From Salinarchaeum sp. Harcht-Bsk1 (GTDB lineage: Archaea > Halobacteriota > Halobacteria > Halobacteriales > Salinarchaeaceae), in NCBI RefSeq assembly GCF_000403645.1, contig NC_021313.1, positions 1,281,014 to 1,321,013 of the forward strand: a stretch of 40,000 bases of DNA. The letters run 5' to 3'. The position numbers were made by a program, and so were the translations under genes. Below, one piece after another: positions 1-9,336 of the stretch (the stretch's first letter is position 1; every line of letters starts with the position of its first letter). The notes under the pieces are model-generated. The model ran no database searches. It had not been told where the DNA came from and worked only from the letters and a program-made list of their open reading frames with translations.

Positions 1-485
1 ATCGAGCGGACGTCGTAGGGGTAGGCGCCGGCGCGCTCGGCAGCGTACTCGACCGGCGACTCGAAGGCCACCTCGATCTCGTTCTCGCCGGGCGACAGCG
101 CCGACCCGACATCGAACTCGTACCGCTGGAACATGTTGTCGCTGCGTCCGACCGAGTCGCCGTTGACGAACACCTCGGCGACGGTGTCGAGCCCCTCGAA
201 GACGAGGCGGTGCTCGTCGTGGGTCAGTCGGTCGCCGTCGACCTCGATCGTTCGCGAGTAGGTCCAGTCGGTCTCGCCGACCCACTGCACGTCGAGTTCG
301 TTGTCCTCGACGAACGGATCGGGAATTGCCTCGGCGCGCAGCAGGTCGTGATAGACGTCGCCCGGTACCTCGGCGGCGAGGTCGCCGTCGAGGCCGGCGT
401 CGGTGGGGGCGTCGGCAGGCGCGTCGCTGGCCTGCCGGACGGACCACTCGCCGGCGAGTGACGTGCTGGTGAGCTGGTCGGCCAT
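1..485 (-). CDS. glycoside hydrolase family 2, beta-mannosidase-like (N-terminal part; 3' end outside window)
   Basis: Absent from the ORF track because it runs off the window. Reverse complement from ATG (485..483) reads MADQLTSTSLAGEWSVRQASDAP...EVPGDVYHDLLRAEAIPDPFVEDNELDVQW...LVFEGLDTVAEVFVNGDSVG. This is the G-W / VPG-V--DL---IPDPF / F-G-DT-A-V-VNG pattern of GH2 beta-mannosidase N-terminal domains. Confidence 0.7.
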   Translation of the reverse strand, partial: MADQLTSTSLAGEWSVRQASDAPADAPTDAGLDGDLAAEVPGDVYHDLLRAEAIPDPFVEDNELDVQWVGETDWTYSRTIEVDGDRLTHDEHRLVFEGLDTVAEVFVNGDSVGRSDNMFQRYEFDVGSALSPGENEIEVAFESPVEYAAERAGAYPYDVRS

Positions 486-627
486 ACGAGAAGGCGCTCA
501 CCCTGGGCCTTGTAGCTGACTGCTCCGGGTCAGCCCGCCGGAATCGACCCGGGATCGTCCGGCCGAGGGCGCCTCGATCAGAACGGGGCTCCGTCCCGGA
601 CGACTCCCGGGAACTCCGCTCGCAGCC

Positions 628-1644
628 CTACCACTCCAGCCGAACCGCCATCGCGTCGGAGCGGTCCCCCAGCAGCGAGTCGTAGACGGCCGGGGCGTCC
701 GCGGCGTCCTCGACGTGCGAGAAGAGGTCCGCGACCGAGAGCCGGCCCTGCTCCAGGTAGGAGAAGAACAGTTCGGCGTGGGCGGGCTTCGTCCAGGGAT
801 CGCGGGGCGTCGCCACCGGCGCGTGGCTCAACTGGTGGGCCCCGATAATCTCGTGACTCGGGGCGTTCACGTGGTCGTGGAAGTCCAGCGTCGTCTTGCC
901 GTGTGGACTCGAGAGCAGGACGAGTCGGGCCTGCTCGCGGAGCACGTCGAACTCCTGTGGAATGACGTCCGGGTTGCCGGTCACCTCGAAGCAGACGTCG
1001 GCGAGGTCGCCGCCGGTGGCGCGTTCGACTGCCTCGGCCGGGTCCTCCTCCGTGGGGTTCACGCCGACGACCTCCGGCGCGTCGGGGAGGTACTCGAGGC
1101 GCTGGTCGGCGAGGTCGACGCCGACGACGACGTCGGCGCCGGCGAGCCGGGCGAAGCGGACGGCGAGCTGGCCGAGGATGCCGAGCCCGTAGACGACGAC
1201 CGTCTCGCCCCAGTCCACGCGGCCGCGGCGAACCCCGTTCATGACGATCTGGGCGATCGCGAACAGCGAGGCCTGCTCGTCGTCGACGTCGTCGGGCACG
1301 ACGACGCAGTCCCCGGCCGCGGCGGTGACGTACTCGGCGTGGGGAGTCCACGTCGCGACGCGGGTGCCGACCTCCAGCTCCTCGCCGGTGGCGCCGGTCG
1401 TCGCGTCGTCGCCGACCTCGGCGATCGTCCCGACGTTGGCGTAGCCCGGGTCGAACGGGAACTCTGCGTAGTCGTCCCAGAAGGAGCCCTCGGGGAAGTC
1501 TCCGGAGAGGACGGTGCACTCCGTACCGGCGCTGATCAGCGAGGTGTCCGTCTCGATCAGGACCTCGTCGGCGGACGGCTCCGGCCGGTCCCGATCCTCC
1601 ACGGCAACCTCACGAGCGTCTGGAAAGACGACGGTCTGGTTCAT
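628..1644 (-). CDS. zinc-dependent alcohol/threonine dehydrogenase family (MDR) oxidoreductase
   Basis: 338-aa acidic ORF with ATG start. Contains GTECTVLSG, DPGYANVGTIAEVGDD and the Rossmann motif VVVYGLGILGQLAVRFARLAGA. The overlapping Arg-rich ORFs in other frames are shadows. Confidence 0.8.
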   Translation of the reverse strand: MNQTVVFPDAREVAVEDRDRPEPSADEVLIETDTSLISAGTECTVLSGDFPEGSFWDDYAEFPFDPGYANVGTIAEVGDDATTGATGEELEVGTRVATWTPHAEYVTAAAGDCVVVPDDVDDEQASLFAIAQIVMNGVRRGRVDWGETVVVYGLGILGQLAVRFARLAGADVVVGVDLADQRLEYLPDAPEVVGVNPTEEDPAEAVERATGGDLADVCFEVTGNPDVIPQEFDVLREQARLVLLSSPHGKTTLDFHDHVNAPSHEIIGAHQLSHAPVATPRDPWTKPAHAELFFSYLEQGRLSVADLFSHVEDAADAPAVYDSLLGDRSDAMAVRLEW

Positions 1645-1715
1645 CGCTTCGATGTGGCTCTGGAATCCGCATAGTCGTTGGGCTTCCGGCGATGGAAGCG
1701 GTGATTCGACGCGGG

Positions 1716-2333
1716 CTACTCGCGCCGTCGGAGGCCGACGAAGAACGCAGGACTGCCGCCCCAGCGCCGCTCGAACGTCGTCTCGACGGCGAAGATCCGT
1801 TCCCAGCCACTGCGTTCCGGGAACCGGTCGGCGAACTCGCCGGGCGTGACCCCGTAGAACTCCCGATCCGGATGCCGGGCGTCCCCGAGCACGGCGTAGA
1901 GCCCACCCGGCTCGAGCACCGCGGCGAGTCCGTCGGCGAGCCGGTCGCGCTCGGCCGGCCCCAGGACGTGGAACAGTCCCGAGTCGACGACGGTGCGAAA
2001 CGAGAAGCCGGCGGTGGCGAGTCGCTCCAGCTGGAGCGCGTCCCAGACCAGAAATCGCGCGTCGATCCGCCGCCAGCGCGCCTTCTCGCGGGCCTGGCGG
2101 ACCGCCAGCGTCGAGAGGTCGACACCGAGCACGCGGTGGCCGCGCCGCGCGAGGAAACAGGCGAGTTCGCCCGTTCCGCAGCCGGCGTCGAGCACCGGAT
2201 CCTCGATCAGGCCGGCCTCCTCCAGCCGGACGAACGCCGACTGCGGCCGGCCGATGTCCCAGTTCGGGGCGCCGGTGTAGGCGGCGTCGTAGACGCTGGC
2301 TTTCGGTCGCGCCCGGGGACGGTAGAGACTCAT
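1716..2333 (-). CDS. class I SAM-dependent methyltransferase
   Basis: 205 aa. Motif I is VLDAGCGTGELACFLARRGHRVLGVDLS, followed by the post-I acidic residue and LEPGGLY (motif IV-like). Confidence 0.8.
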   Translation of the reverse strand: MSLYRPRARPKASVYDAAYTGAPNWDIGRPQSAFVRLEEAGLIEDPVLDAGCGTGELACFLARRGHRVLGVDLSTLAVRQAREKARWRRIDARFLVWDALQLERLATAGFSFRTVVDSGLFHVLGPAERDRLADGLAAVLEPGGLYAVLGDARHPDREFYGVTPGEFADRFPERSGWERIFAVETTFERRWGGSPAFFVGLRRRE

Positions 2334-2516
2334 GGTGGAGACCCCCGGCGCGGTGAGCGCACGAGTCCCCCTTCAGCCTGCAGCGCGGTAACAGTTGGCA
2401 CCAGCTGCGCGGGAACAGTTGCCGCCAGCGCGACGCGGCACGCGACAGGAACCGGAACGACCGTCCAGACAGGCCGCCATTTATTAGGAAGGACCGCCCG
2501 AACCAATTAACGACCG

Positions 2517-3266
2517 ATGACCGAACAGCACGTCTTCGCCGTCGCGAGCGGGAAAGGCGGCGTCGGCAAGACCACGACCGCCGTCAACGTCGCCACGGCG
2601 ATCGCCGGCGGCGGCTACCGGGTCGCCGTGGTCGACGCCGACCTCGGGATGGCCAACATGTCCGGCCTCCTGAGCCTCGACCCCGGCGACGCCACCTTGC
2701 ACGACGTGCTCGCCGGGGAGGCCGAGGTCGGTGAGGCGACCTACGAGGTCGCACGCGGCATCTTCGCGATTCCCTCCGGCGAGGAACTCGACACCTACGC
2801 GAAGACGGACGCCCGCGGCCTCGGCGACGTGCTCGACGACCTCGAAGGGAGATTCGACTACGTCTTCCTCGACGTCGGCGCCGGGATCAGCCACGAGACG
2901 GTGCTCCCGCTCGGCGTCGCCGACGGCGTCATCCTCGTCGCGACGCCCGAACCCGCTGCCGTCAACGACGTGGCGAAGACCCGGGACCTCGTCGAGCGCG
3001 CCGACGGCGAGGTCGCGGGGCTGGTGATGACCCGGACGCGAGCGACCGACGCCATGGACCCCGAGGAGGTCGCCGCGGACCTCGGTGTCGACCTCCTCGG
3101 CACGGTGCCCGAGGACGGCGCCGTCCGGGGGAGCCTCTACGCTGGCGTCCCGCTCGTCGTCCAGAACCCCGAGAGCAAGGCCTCGATCGGCTACCGACGG
3201 ATCGCAGCACGGCTCGCGGATCGCACCGGTGCGACGCAGCCGAAGGCCGCGACGGGAGAGGACTGA
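2517..3266 (+). CDS. MinD/ParA-family P-loop ATPase
   Basis: 249 aa. Deviant Walker A FAVASGKGGVGKTTTAVN, then VVDADLGMANM and Walker B-like YVFLDVGAG. Confidence 0.85.
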   Translation: MTEQHVFAVASGKGGVGKTTTAVNVATAIAGGGYRVAVVDADLGMANMSGLLSLDPGDATLHDVLAGEAEVGEATYEVARGIFAIPSGEELDTYAKTDARGLGDVLDDLEGRFDYVFLDVGAGISHETVLPLGVADGVILVATPEPAAVNDVAKTRDLVERADGEVAGLVMTRTRATDAMDPEEVAADLGVDLLGTVPEDGAVRGSLYAGVPLVVQNPESKASIGYRRIAARLADRTGATQPKAATGED

Positions 3267-3288
3267 GACGGCTCGACGCTCGCCGGGC

Positions 3289-5106
3289 TTACATCGACTC
3301 CGGAGCGGCGACGCCGAGCACGTCGAGCGCGTTCGCGAGCGCCGTCCGCGCGGCGACGACCGTTCCGAGGCGGGCCTGCTGCAGGTCGCCATCCGCGTCG
3401 AGCACCGGGCAGGACCGGTAGAAGGCGTTGAAGCGGTCGGCGAGCAGGCGCACGTACGTTGCGACGACGTGGGGTTCGAGGTCGTCGGCCGCCGCCTCGA
3501 TCACGGCCGGGAAGCGGGCGATCGTCAGGAGGAGGTCGCGGGCCTCGGGCTCCTCGAGCGCGTCGACGTCGACCGACGCCAGCGCGTCGCCCTCGGGCAC
3601 CGCGATCCCTGCGGATTCGGCCTCGCCGAGGATCCCACAGCAGCGGGCGTGGGCGTACTGGAGGTAGGGTGCGGACTGGGCCTCGAAGTCCAGGGCGCGC
3701 TCCCACTCGAAGGTGATCGCCTTGGTGGGCTGCTTGGCGATGATGTCGTAGCGCACCGCGCCGATGCCGACCTGGCGGGCGATCCGCTCGACGTCAGAGT
3801 CGTCGAGGTCGTCGTCGCGGAGGCGGTCGGCGGCGCGGGACTCGTACTCCTCGCGGGCGCGGTCGACGGCCTCGTCGAGCAGGTCGTCGAGGTCGATGCC
3901 GGTGCCCTCGCGGGTGCTCATCCCCTCGCCGCCGGGGAGGTTGACCCACGAGTAGTGGATGGAGTCGAGGCGGTCGGTGTCGTTGCCCAGCAGGTCGAGG
4001 GTGGCCTGGAGCTGCTGGGCCTGGAGCTTGTGGTCCTCGCCGAGCACCGTGACGGCGCGGTCGTACTCCTCGAACTTCCACTCGTGGTGGGCGATGTCGC
4101 GGGTAGCATAGAGACTGGTGCCGTCGGAGCGCTGGAAGACGAACTCCTTCTCGATGCCGAACGCGGAGAGGTCGAGTTGCCAGGCGTCGTCCTCGTAGAC
4201 CGCCTCGTCGAGGGCCTGCATGCGCTCCATCAGTTCCTCGACCGAGCCGTCGAACATGAACTTCGTCTCCTTGACGAACTCGTCGAACTCCGCGGGGAGC
4301 CGGTTCAGCGAGTCCTGCATCCCCGAGAGCACTGCGTCGACGACCTCGGTCGTGCGCTCGTAGGTCGCCTCGTCGGCCTCCTCGAGGCCCTGCATGATCG
4401 CCTGGATCTCGTCCTCGGCGGCCTCGATGGCGGCCTCGTCGGCGTCGGGGTGTTCGCCCTCGAGAAACTCGTTGCCGAGGCGGTAGTAGCGCACCAGGTC
4501 GTAGTCGGGCTTGATCCGCTCGGGTGCGCCGTAGCCCGCCGCAGCGAGGTCGGCCTCGTCGAAGGTCTCGTAGGCCCAGGTGAACGTCGCGATCTGGCGG
4601 CCGGCGTCGTTGACGTAGTAGTGAATGTCGACGTCGTAGCCTGCGTAGTCGAGCAGGCGCGCAACGGAGTCGCCGATGATCGGGTTCCGCGCGCGACCGA
4701 CGTGGACCGGCCCCGTCGGGTTCGCCGAGGTGTGCTCGACGACCATCGACGTGTCGCGGTCGGGCAGGTGGCCGTAGTCGTCGTCCGCGGCGGCCTCGAT
4801 GGTCCCCGCGAGGTAGGCGTTCGAGGGGAAGACGTTGACGTAGGGGCCTGCGGGCTCGACGCGGTCGACGAGGTCGAGGGCGGCGCAGTCGTCGGTCTGT
4901 TCCTCGATGGTCGCGACGATCTCGCCGGCGACCTGCGGTGGCGGCGCGCCGGCCTCGCTCGCGAGGCGGAAGGCAACGCTGGAGGCGAGCACGGCGTCGA
5001 CGTCCTCTGGCGGCTCCTCCAGTCCGAGGTCGCCCGTCGGGTAGCCCTCGGCGTCGAGGGCCGCCTCGATGGCGTCGGCGGCCTCCGCGCGAAGCTGTCT
5101 GAACAT
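3289..5106 (-). CDS. argS: arginine--tRNA ligase
   Basis: 605 aa. Class I HIGH-region variant [17 protein letters not shown], a DALR-type anticodon-binding C-terminus ([20 protein letters not shown]), and a terminal Met typical of ArgRS. Confidence 0.9.
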   Translation of the reverse strand: MFRQLRAEAADAIEAALDAEGYPTGDLGLEEPPEDVDAVLASSVAFRLASEAGAPPPQVAGEIVATIEEQTDDCAALDLVDRVEPAGPYVNVFPSNAYLAGTIEAAADDDYGHLPDRDTSMVVEHTSANPTGPVHVGRARNPIIGDSVARLLDYAGYDVDIHYYVNDAGRQIATFTWAYETFDEADLAAAGYGAPERIKPDYDLVRYYRLGNEFLEGEHPDADEAAIEAAEDEIQAIMQGLEEADEATYERTTEVVDAVLSGMQDSLNRLPAEFDEFVKETKFMFDGSVEELMERMQALDEAVYEDDAWQLDLSAFGIEKEFVFQRSDGTSLYATRDIAHHEWKFEEYDRAVTVLGEDHKLQAQQLQATLDLLGNDTDRLDSIHYSWVNLPGGEGMSTREGTGIDLDDLLDEAVDRAREEYESRAADRLRDDDLDDSDVERIARQVGIGAVRYDIIAKQPTKAITFEWERALDFEAQSAPYLQYAHARCCGILGEAESAGIAVPEGDALASVDVDALEEPEARDLLLTIARFPAVIEAAADDLEPHVVATYVRLLADRFNAFYRSCPVLDADGDLQQARLGTVVAARTALANALDVLGVAAPESM

Positions 5107-5185
5107 GAACGCGAGTATACGAGGTGGTGGTTTCAGGCTGTCGGGATGGCCCGGACGGGAGCAATCGGCCCGGCCGCACCGCGGC

Positions 5186-5608
5186 TCACTCCGCTCGCTT
5201 CCCGGTCACCGTCACCGGCAGCGACGTGTCCCGGATGACGTCCATCGTCACCGAGCCGAAGATCGCCTTGCCGACCGCCGAGCGCTTGCGCCCCCCGATC
5301 ACGATCGAATCCACCTCACGTTCCTCGGCTTCCTCGAGGATTCGCGTCGCCGCGTCGCCGCTCTCGTCGAGCACGTGCATCTCGACGCCGGCCTCCTCGA
5401 GCCGTTCGCTCGCACGACGGACGGCACCGATTCGGGTCGCGGTGTTGAATCGCTTGTACTCGTCAGGGATGTCGTCGTCGGACTCGTCGAACACGAACAG
5501 GATGAATACCTCGACGGCATCGGCGGCTCCGGGCAGCTCCGCGACGTAGTCGGCCTGTGCGAGCGCCCGCGATTCCTCGATGTCGACGGGGAGCAGTATG
5601 CGGTACAT
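5186..5608 (-). CDS. universal stress protein (UspA family)
   Basis: Homology starts at the internal ATG (5608..5606): [13 protein letters not shown]...[36 protein letters not shown], the Usp G-x2-G-x9-G-S motif. The upstream 38 codons of the track ORF are non-acidic, so I trimmed them. Confidence 0.8.
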   Translation of the reverse strand: MYRILLPVDIEESRALAQADYVAELPGAADAVEVFILFVFDESDDDIPDEYKRFNTATRIGAVRRASERLEEAGVEMHVLDESGDAATRILEEAEEREVDSIVIGGRKRSAVGKAIFGSVTMDVIRDTSLPVTVTGKRAE

Positions 5609-5656
5609 GCTACCACGTTTGGGAGGAGGGGAGAAAAAGGAGGCCGTTGAATAGGG

Positions 5657-5832
5657 AGCCCAACCCGCCAGCTTTTCCCGCTCGACCCCAACGCTGGGGT
5701 ATGAGCGACGCGGACGGGCCAAAACAGGTTGACGATCCGAACTACCACAACGTCAACCACACCGCGGCCCAGACCTGCGGCTGGACCAAGAACGCCCTCA
5801 ACGGCGAGGGTACCTGCTACAAGCACGCCTTC
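5657..5832 (+). repeat. attL: left imperfect direct repeat (taw1 promoter region plus codons 1-44)
   Basis: 5701..5832 aligns without gaps to 39070..39201 at 110/132 identical. The 44 nt upstream (5657..5700 vs 39026..39069) align with small indels and share the blocks agccca, acccgc, gctttt and tggg. Perfectly identical blocks are 5701..5720, 5746..5762 and 5818..5832. Confidence 0.8.
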
Positions 5833-5841
5833 GAGTGGTAA
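5701..5841 (+). pseudogene. truncated 5' fragment of taw1 (46 codons, ends FEW-stop)
   Basis: Translates MSDADGPKQVDDPNYHNVNHTAAQTCGWTKNALNGEGTCYKHAF, then diverges (EW-stop). It matches the first 44 residues of the full taw1 at 39070 with 3 amino-acid differences. It lacks the radical-SAM CxxxCxxC cluster. Confidence 0.75.
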
Positions 5842-5849
5842 ATACGCTC

Positions 5850-5875
5850 TATAAGTACGAGCACGTCGGGTCTAC
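5850..5875 (+). promoter_or_regulatory. putative integrase promoter (TATA-like ctataagta about 20 nt upstream of ATG; leaderless-type arrangement)
   Basis: This is the only A/T-rich hexamer between the taw1 stump stop (5841) and the int ATG (5876). Haloarchaeal genes are often leaderless with a TATA box about 25 nt upstream of the start. Confidence 0.3.
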
Positions 5876-7177
5876 ATGGCCCGGACAGACGATCCCGACC
5901 ACCGGTATCTCCAAGCCCGAAACCGACTTCGAGACGCTTCGATACCCGACCGGGACAAGGAGGCCAGCCTCGAGTTCCTCGACGCCCTGAACCCCGACAC
6001 GTCGACGATCAACTTCTACTCCGACGACGGCGTCCGCGAGACCAAGTCCTACGGCACGCTGGCGGCGTACGCCCAGGCGCTCAAGCGCGTGGCCGAACTG
6101 GCCGAGCAGCCGCTCTGTGAGTTCGAGAACGCCCGCGCGGTGAACGCGCTCTTCGACGATCTCGGGAGCGGCGAGCATCCTGACGTGAAGGAGGGCGGCT
6201 ACGGCAAGTCGACGATGGCGCAGTGGGAGAGCGCCGTGTCGAAGTTCTTCGAGCACCATGACAGCCTCGGCGTCGACCACGAAGCGATCGTGATCGACCG
6301 CCAGGAGAAGTCGACCGTCGACGAGCGCGACATGTACACGCCCGACCAAGTCCAACAGCTACGCGAGGCCGTGACCAACACCCGGGACCGGTGCATTCTC
6401 GAACTCCTGCTCAACACGGGTCAGCGCATTCGGGCCGTCCAGACGCTCCGCGTCAAGGACGTCAACACCGACGCGGGCGTCTACTACCTCAACACGGCAG
6501 ACGGTGGGCTCAAAGGAGCGGACAAGAACGGCAAGAAGCGGCCGCTGCTCGGCGCGAAACGTGCGGTGTACGACTGGCTCAAGGACCACCCGACAGGCGA
6601 GCCGGACGACTACCTGATCACGTGCCTGCCCACGGCCGCGCGGGGCACGCCCGGGGACAAACTCTCCCAGAGCAACATCCGCGATCGGCTCCGCGGGATC
6701 GCCGACGACGCCGGCGTCGACAAACCGCCGAACCCGCACAACTTCCGGCACTACTTCGTGACCGCGTGCAAGCGCGACTACGAGATGGACGAGAGCACGA
6801 TCAAGCACCTGATCGGCCATGGCCAGGGGTCGCGCATCATGGAGACGACATACCAACACCTGAGCGACAACGACCACGTCGAAGCGGCCGAGGTCGCAGC
6901 GGGACTCCGCGAACCCGACGCCGGTTCGCCACTGACGCCCAAGATCTGTCCGACCTGCTCGGAGTCGCTGGCTCCAGAGGCCAAGGCATGCCCCGGCTGT
7001 GGGACCGTATTCGCCCCAGACGCACAGGCGACGCAGGCACAGATCGAGGAGGACGTGAAGGCGGACTATCGCGAGACCGACCCCAGCGACGAGGAGACGA
7101 TGGAACGGCTCGAGACGCTCGACGAGCTCCTCGACGATCCCGAAGTCAAGGAGGCACTGTTCGAGCGCGTGGACTGA
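5876..7177 (+). CDS. tyrosine recombinase / phage-type integrase with C-terminal zinc ribbon
   Basis: 433 aa. Catalytic-domain signature LLLNTGQRIRAVQTLRVKDV (Arg I), NPHNFRHYFVT (H-x-x-R), LIGHGQGSRIMETTYQHL (His and Tyr nucleophile). C-terminal CPTCSESLAPEAKACPGCG ribbon and acidic tail. The gene is adjacent to attL. Confidence 0.9.
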   Translation: MARTDDPDHRYLQARNRLRDASIPDRDKEASLEFLDALNPDTSTINFYSDDGVRETKSYGTLAAYAQALKRVAELAEQPLCEFENARAVNALFDDLGSGEHPDVKEGGYGKSTMAQWESAVSKFFEHHDSLGVDHEAIVIDRQEKSTVDERDMYTPDQVQQLREAVTNTRDRCILELLLNTGQRIRAVQTLRVKDVNTDAGVYYLNTADGGLKGADKNGKKRPLLGAKRAVYDWLKDHPTGEPDDYLITCLPTAARGTPGDKLSQSNIRDRLRGIADDAGVDKPPNPHNFRHYFVTACKRDYEMDESTIKHLIGHGQGSRIMETTYQHLSDNDHVEAAEVAAGLREPDAGSPLTPKICPTCSESLAPEAKACPGCGTVFAPDAQATQAQIEEDVKADYRETDPSDEETMERLETLDELLDDPEVKEALFERVD

Positions 7178-7200
7178 CTGTGGTGTGTCGTAGTGCTGAT

Positions 7201-8484
7201 TTAGAGTTCATCGAGGGCTGTCGAGATGACGTCGTCTGGGACGACTGACAGTGGCCTGAGCGCACCTGCTGTAGATCTCGGCAGAAGGTGATTCAGCGCG
7301 CTCCCATACTGCGTTAGTTGGAGCGTCCAGTCGCGAACGTCGGCTGGTGAAGAATCAAGTTGGAACACGGCGGGACGGTCGCGTGTCCCCAGCGTGCTGT
7401 GATGCTCCCCTGACAGATACTTGCCGTGGACACCGACGGCTGGGAGTACTTCTGCCCGTCTGTTGACTCCAGGGTACCCCTCCGTGACGCTCTCCGCGAG
7501 TTCTTCGACCGTCTTCACATCAGCATCAGCGTGAATGATTACCTCTGTCGCTGGCAAGTCGCTGAACGTTGTACCCGGAAGTTCATCGAGGTCGCATTTC
7601 AACTGCTCGCGTAAATGCTGTTTCTCTACCAACCGATTCGCTTCGACGATCTCCAGAATCTCCTGCTCCGAGACTGCATCGGAGGGATCCCATTCCTCTG
7701 GAGCGCTACTACCCGATGATTCCGCCACTTTTCCGTAGAGCTCGCTACTTCCTCCGAGCGCTGAGATCACGTCGCGGACCACCGGATCGACCGGATCGAT
7801 GCCGTTATTCTCGAGCACTTGTTCGAGATGCTCCTCGATCGCCTCGTGTCTCTCGCTGATCGACTCGGGGACGAATCCGTCGGCGATCATCTCGTCGAAC
7901 CTCTCCTGTGCTTCCATCTCTGCATCAATCAGATCCGACAAGTTTTGGAGATCCGAGATCGCCGAGGAACGACTTACATTCACACCAAATACAGCATTAA
8001 TGAAGCCCACCACCAGGTCCAGTTTTACAGCGTCTGAGTCACCAGTGCCGAACGGTTCTACCGCTGGGACGAGTGGAAATGCGGTTGCGAAGTGGCCTAG
8101 TCGTTGCCCAAACCGTTCCGGGACCGTCTCTTCACCGGACAGTCTCGACCGCTCTCGGATAAACGGGATCTCGTCTAGGTCTTCGACACCGTAGATCTTG
8201 GAATAGCGACGTACCTCGTGTCCGGCCTCCTCACGCACGTCTTGGCTGAAGAATCCGGCACGAGAGAGAAGTTCTACGTCGCTCAATAGGGAGTCGATTC
8301 GCTCGGGGAGCGGCTGGACCTTCCGATCGACGATGTTGGATCGTGCCATGTCCGGGCGGTTTGTATACGTCTTTCCAACATCACGGCGCTTCAGTCGCTC
8401 ATCGCGAGGTTCGACGGGCTTGCCCTCTGCAACCACCTCGAGAAAGCCCCGCTCGTTCTCGTTCAGACCATAACGATTTGTCAT
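7201..8484 (-). CDS. hypothetical protein (acidic, about 427 aa)
   Basis: Long ORF with halophile-like acidic composition and visibly lower GC than its neighbours. The track ORF begins at a TTG (8517); the first ATG is at 8484 (MTNRYGLNENERG...). I recognise no motif. Confidence 0.5.
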   Translation of the reverse strand: MTNRYGLNENERGFLEVVAEGKPVEPRDERLKRRDVGKTYTNRPDMARSNIVDRKVQPLPERIDSLLSDVELLSRAGFFSQDVREEAGHEVRRYSKIYGVEDLDEIPFIRERSRLSGEETVPERFGQRLGHFATAFPLVPAVEPFGTGDSDAVKLDLVVGFINAVFGVNVSRSSAISDLQNLSDLIDAEMEAQERFDEMIADGFVPESISERHEAIEEHLEQVLENNGIDPVDPVVRDVISALGGSSELYGKVAESSGSSAPEEWDPSDAVSEQEILEIVEANRLVEKQHLREQLKCDLDELPGTTFSDLPATEVIIHADADVKTVEELAESVTEGYPGVNRRAEVLPAVGVHGKYLSGEHHSTLGTRDRPAVFQLDSSPADVRDWTLQLTQYGSALNHLLPRSTAGALRPLSVVPDDVISTALDEL

Positions 8485-8555
8485 AAATGGATATGAAACA
8501 GATTCTGTTTCTAGCAAGGGGTCTGTTCCACACTCGCATAAGCTTGACTGTAATC

Positions 8556-8693
8556 ATGAAGATTACAAAGCGACTCGTCGGCCGAGGAAAGATTACGATC
8601 CCGGCTGCGATCCGGGAGGAGTACGGTTTGGAAGACGGCGATTTCGTGGAAGTCGACGTCGCTCCAGTGGACGAGCGGGAGGAGAACGCATGA
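8556..8693 (+). CDS. AbrB/SpoVT (MazE-like) DNA-binding protein
   Basis: Starting from the internal ATG at 8556: MKITKRLVGRGKITIPAAIREEYGLEDGDFVEVDV. This is the looped-hinge-helix pattern (G-x-I/V-T-I-P...R...GL..GD.V) of the SpoVT-AbrB domain. Confidence 0.65.
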   Translation: MKITKRLVGRGKITIPAAIREEYGLEDGDFVEVDVAPVDEREENA

Positions 8694-8809
8694 CGAAGGT
8701 CGTGCAGCAGCATCGCGAGGACCTCGAAGCGCTCGCTCAGAGCGACCTCCACGTCGACTGGATCGCACGCACACTACTGGAACTCGACGAGGAGGGCGGT
8801 CGGGAATGA
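8690..8809 (+). CDS. small hypothetical protein (39 aa)
   Basis: Below the track size cut-off. Reads MTKVVQQHREDLEALAQSDLHVDWIARTLLELDEEGGRE. Its ATG overlaps the AbrB-like stop (ATGA, 8690) and its stop overlaps the next ATG (ATGA, 8806), so coupling at both ends is the only support. Confidence 0.3.
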   Translation: MTKVVQQHREDLEALAQSDLHVDWIARTLLELDEEGGRE

Positions 8810-9336
8810 CGACGGGCGAGGGACCGAGCTACCCCGCAGCTTGCGTAGCCACTCGGACCGCTGAGGAGGTCCGCGAGCAGCTCCACGAAGGCCAGGCGAT
8901 CGCCGTCCGGACGGCCCGCGAACCCTACCGGAGCCGGGTCGTCCTTGGCGGGCGAATCGAGATGTGCGAAACTGGGAGTCCGTGGTTGTGCGTGATTCAC
9001 CCTGGCTGTGGCTGGCGATGGAGTATCGGCGCTCCGGACACCATCGAACGGATGGAGTTGGACAGCCTCGACCACGGCCCGCCCACGGAGGTACGCCGCG
9101 GTCGTCGCTCAGAATACAACACGACTCCAGGACTGGCGCAGAACGAGGAAGGCTTTGTCGACCTTCTAATTCCAGGACCGGTGTTTCGACGTGGGCGTGT
9201 CCACTACTACACTCCCGACCCGATGGGGAGGGTGACCGACATCGCAGTCGGTCCCGAGGTTGCCCCCACCGCGTTACTACCGGCAGAAACGCGTGGTGAG
9301 CGGTCAAATCACGTACCGCAGGGGGAGTCGCGATGA
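8806..9336 (+). CDS. hypothetical protein (176 aa), translationally coupled to primase
   Basis: ATGA overlaps at both ends (8806 and 9333). Contains a Cys/His-rich patch CETGSPWLCVIHPGCGW. No family recognised. Confidence 0.45.
   Translation: MTTGEGPSYPAACVATRTAEEVREQLHEGQAIAVRTAREPYRSRVVLGGRIEMCETGSPWLCVIHPGCGWRWSIGAPDTIERMELDSLDHGPPTEVRRGRRSEYNTTPGLAQNEEGFVDLLIPGPVFRRGRVHYYTPDPMGRVTDIAVGPEVAPTALLPAETRGERSNHVPQGESR

Noticed and set aside
578-1519. 313-aa Arg/Pro-rich ORF, and other ORFs at 715..1674 and 896..1192, overlapping the alcohol dehydrogenase gene
   Set aside because: Extreme Arg/Pro/Gly composition is typical of off-frame or antisense reading of GC-rich haloarchaeal coding DNA. 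The 628..1644 frame gives an acidic protein with clear MDR motifs.
3085-5238. 717-aa plus-strand ORF, plus 3794..5179 and other ORFs, opposite or overlapping argS
   Set aside because: It is the antisense shadow of argS: low-complexity Val/Gly/Arg/Asp-rich sequence with no motifs. The minus-strand frame 3289..5106 is an unmistakable ArgRS.
5557-5700. Upstream 48 codons of the track ORF 5557..5841
   Set aside because: Homology to Taw1 begins exactly at the ATG at 5701. The extension overlaps the usp start region and is basic and non-halophilic, so only 5701..5841 is treated as the gene fragment.
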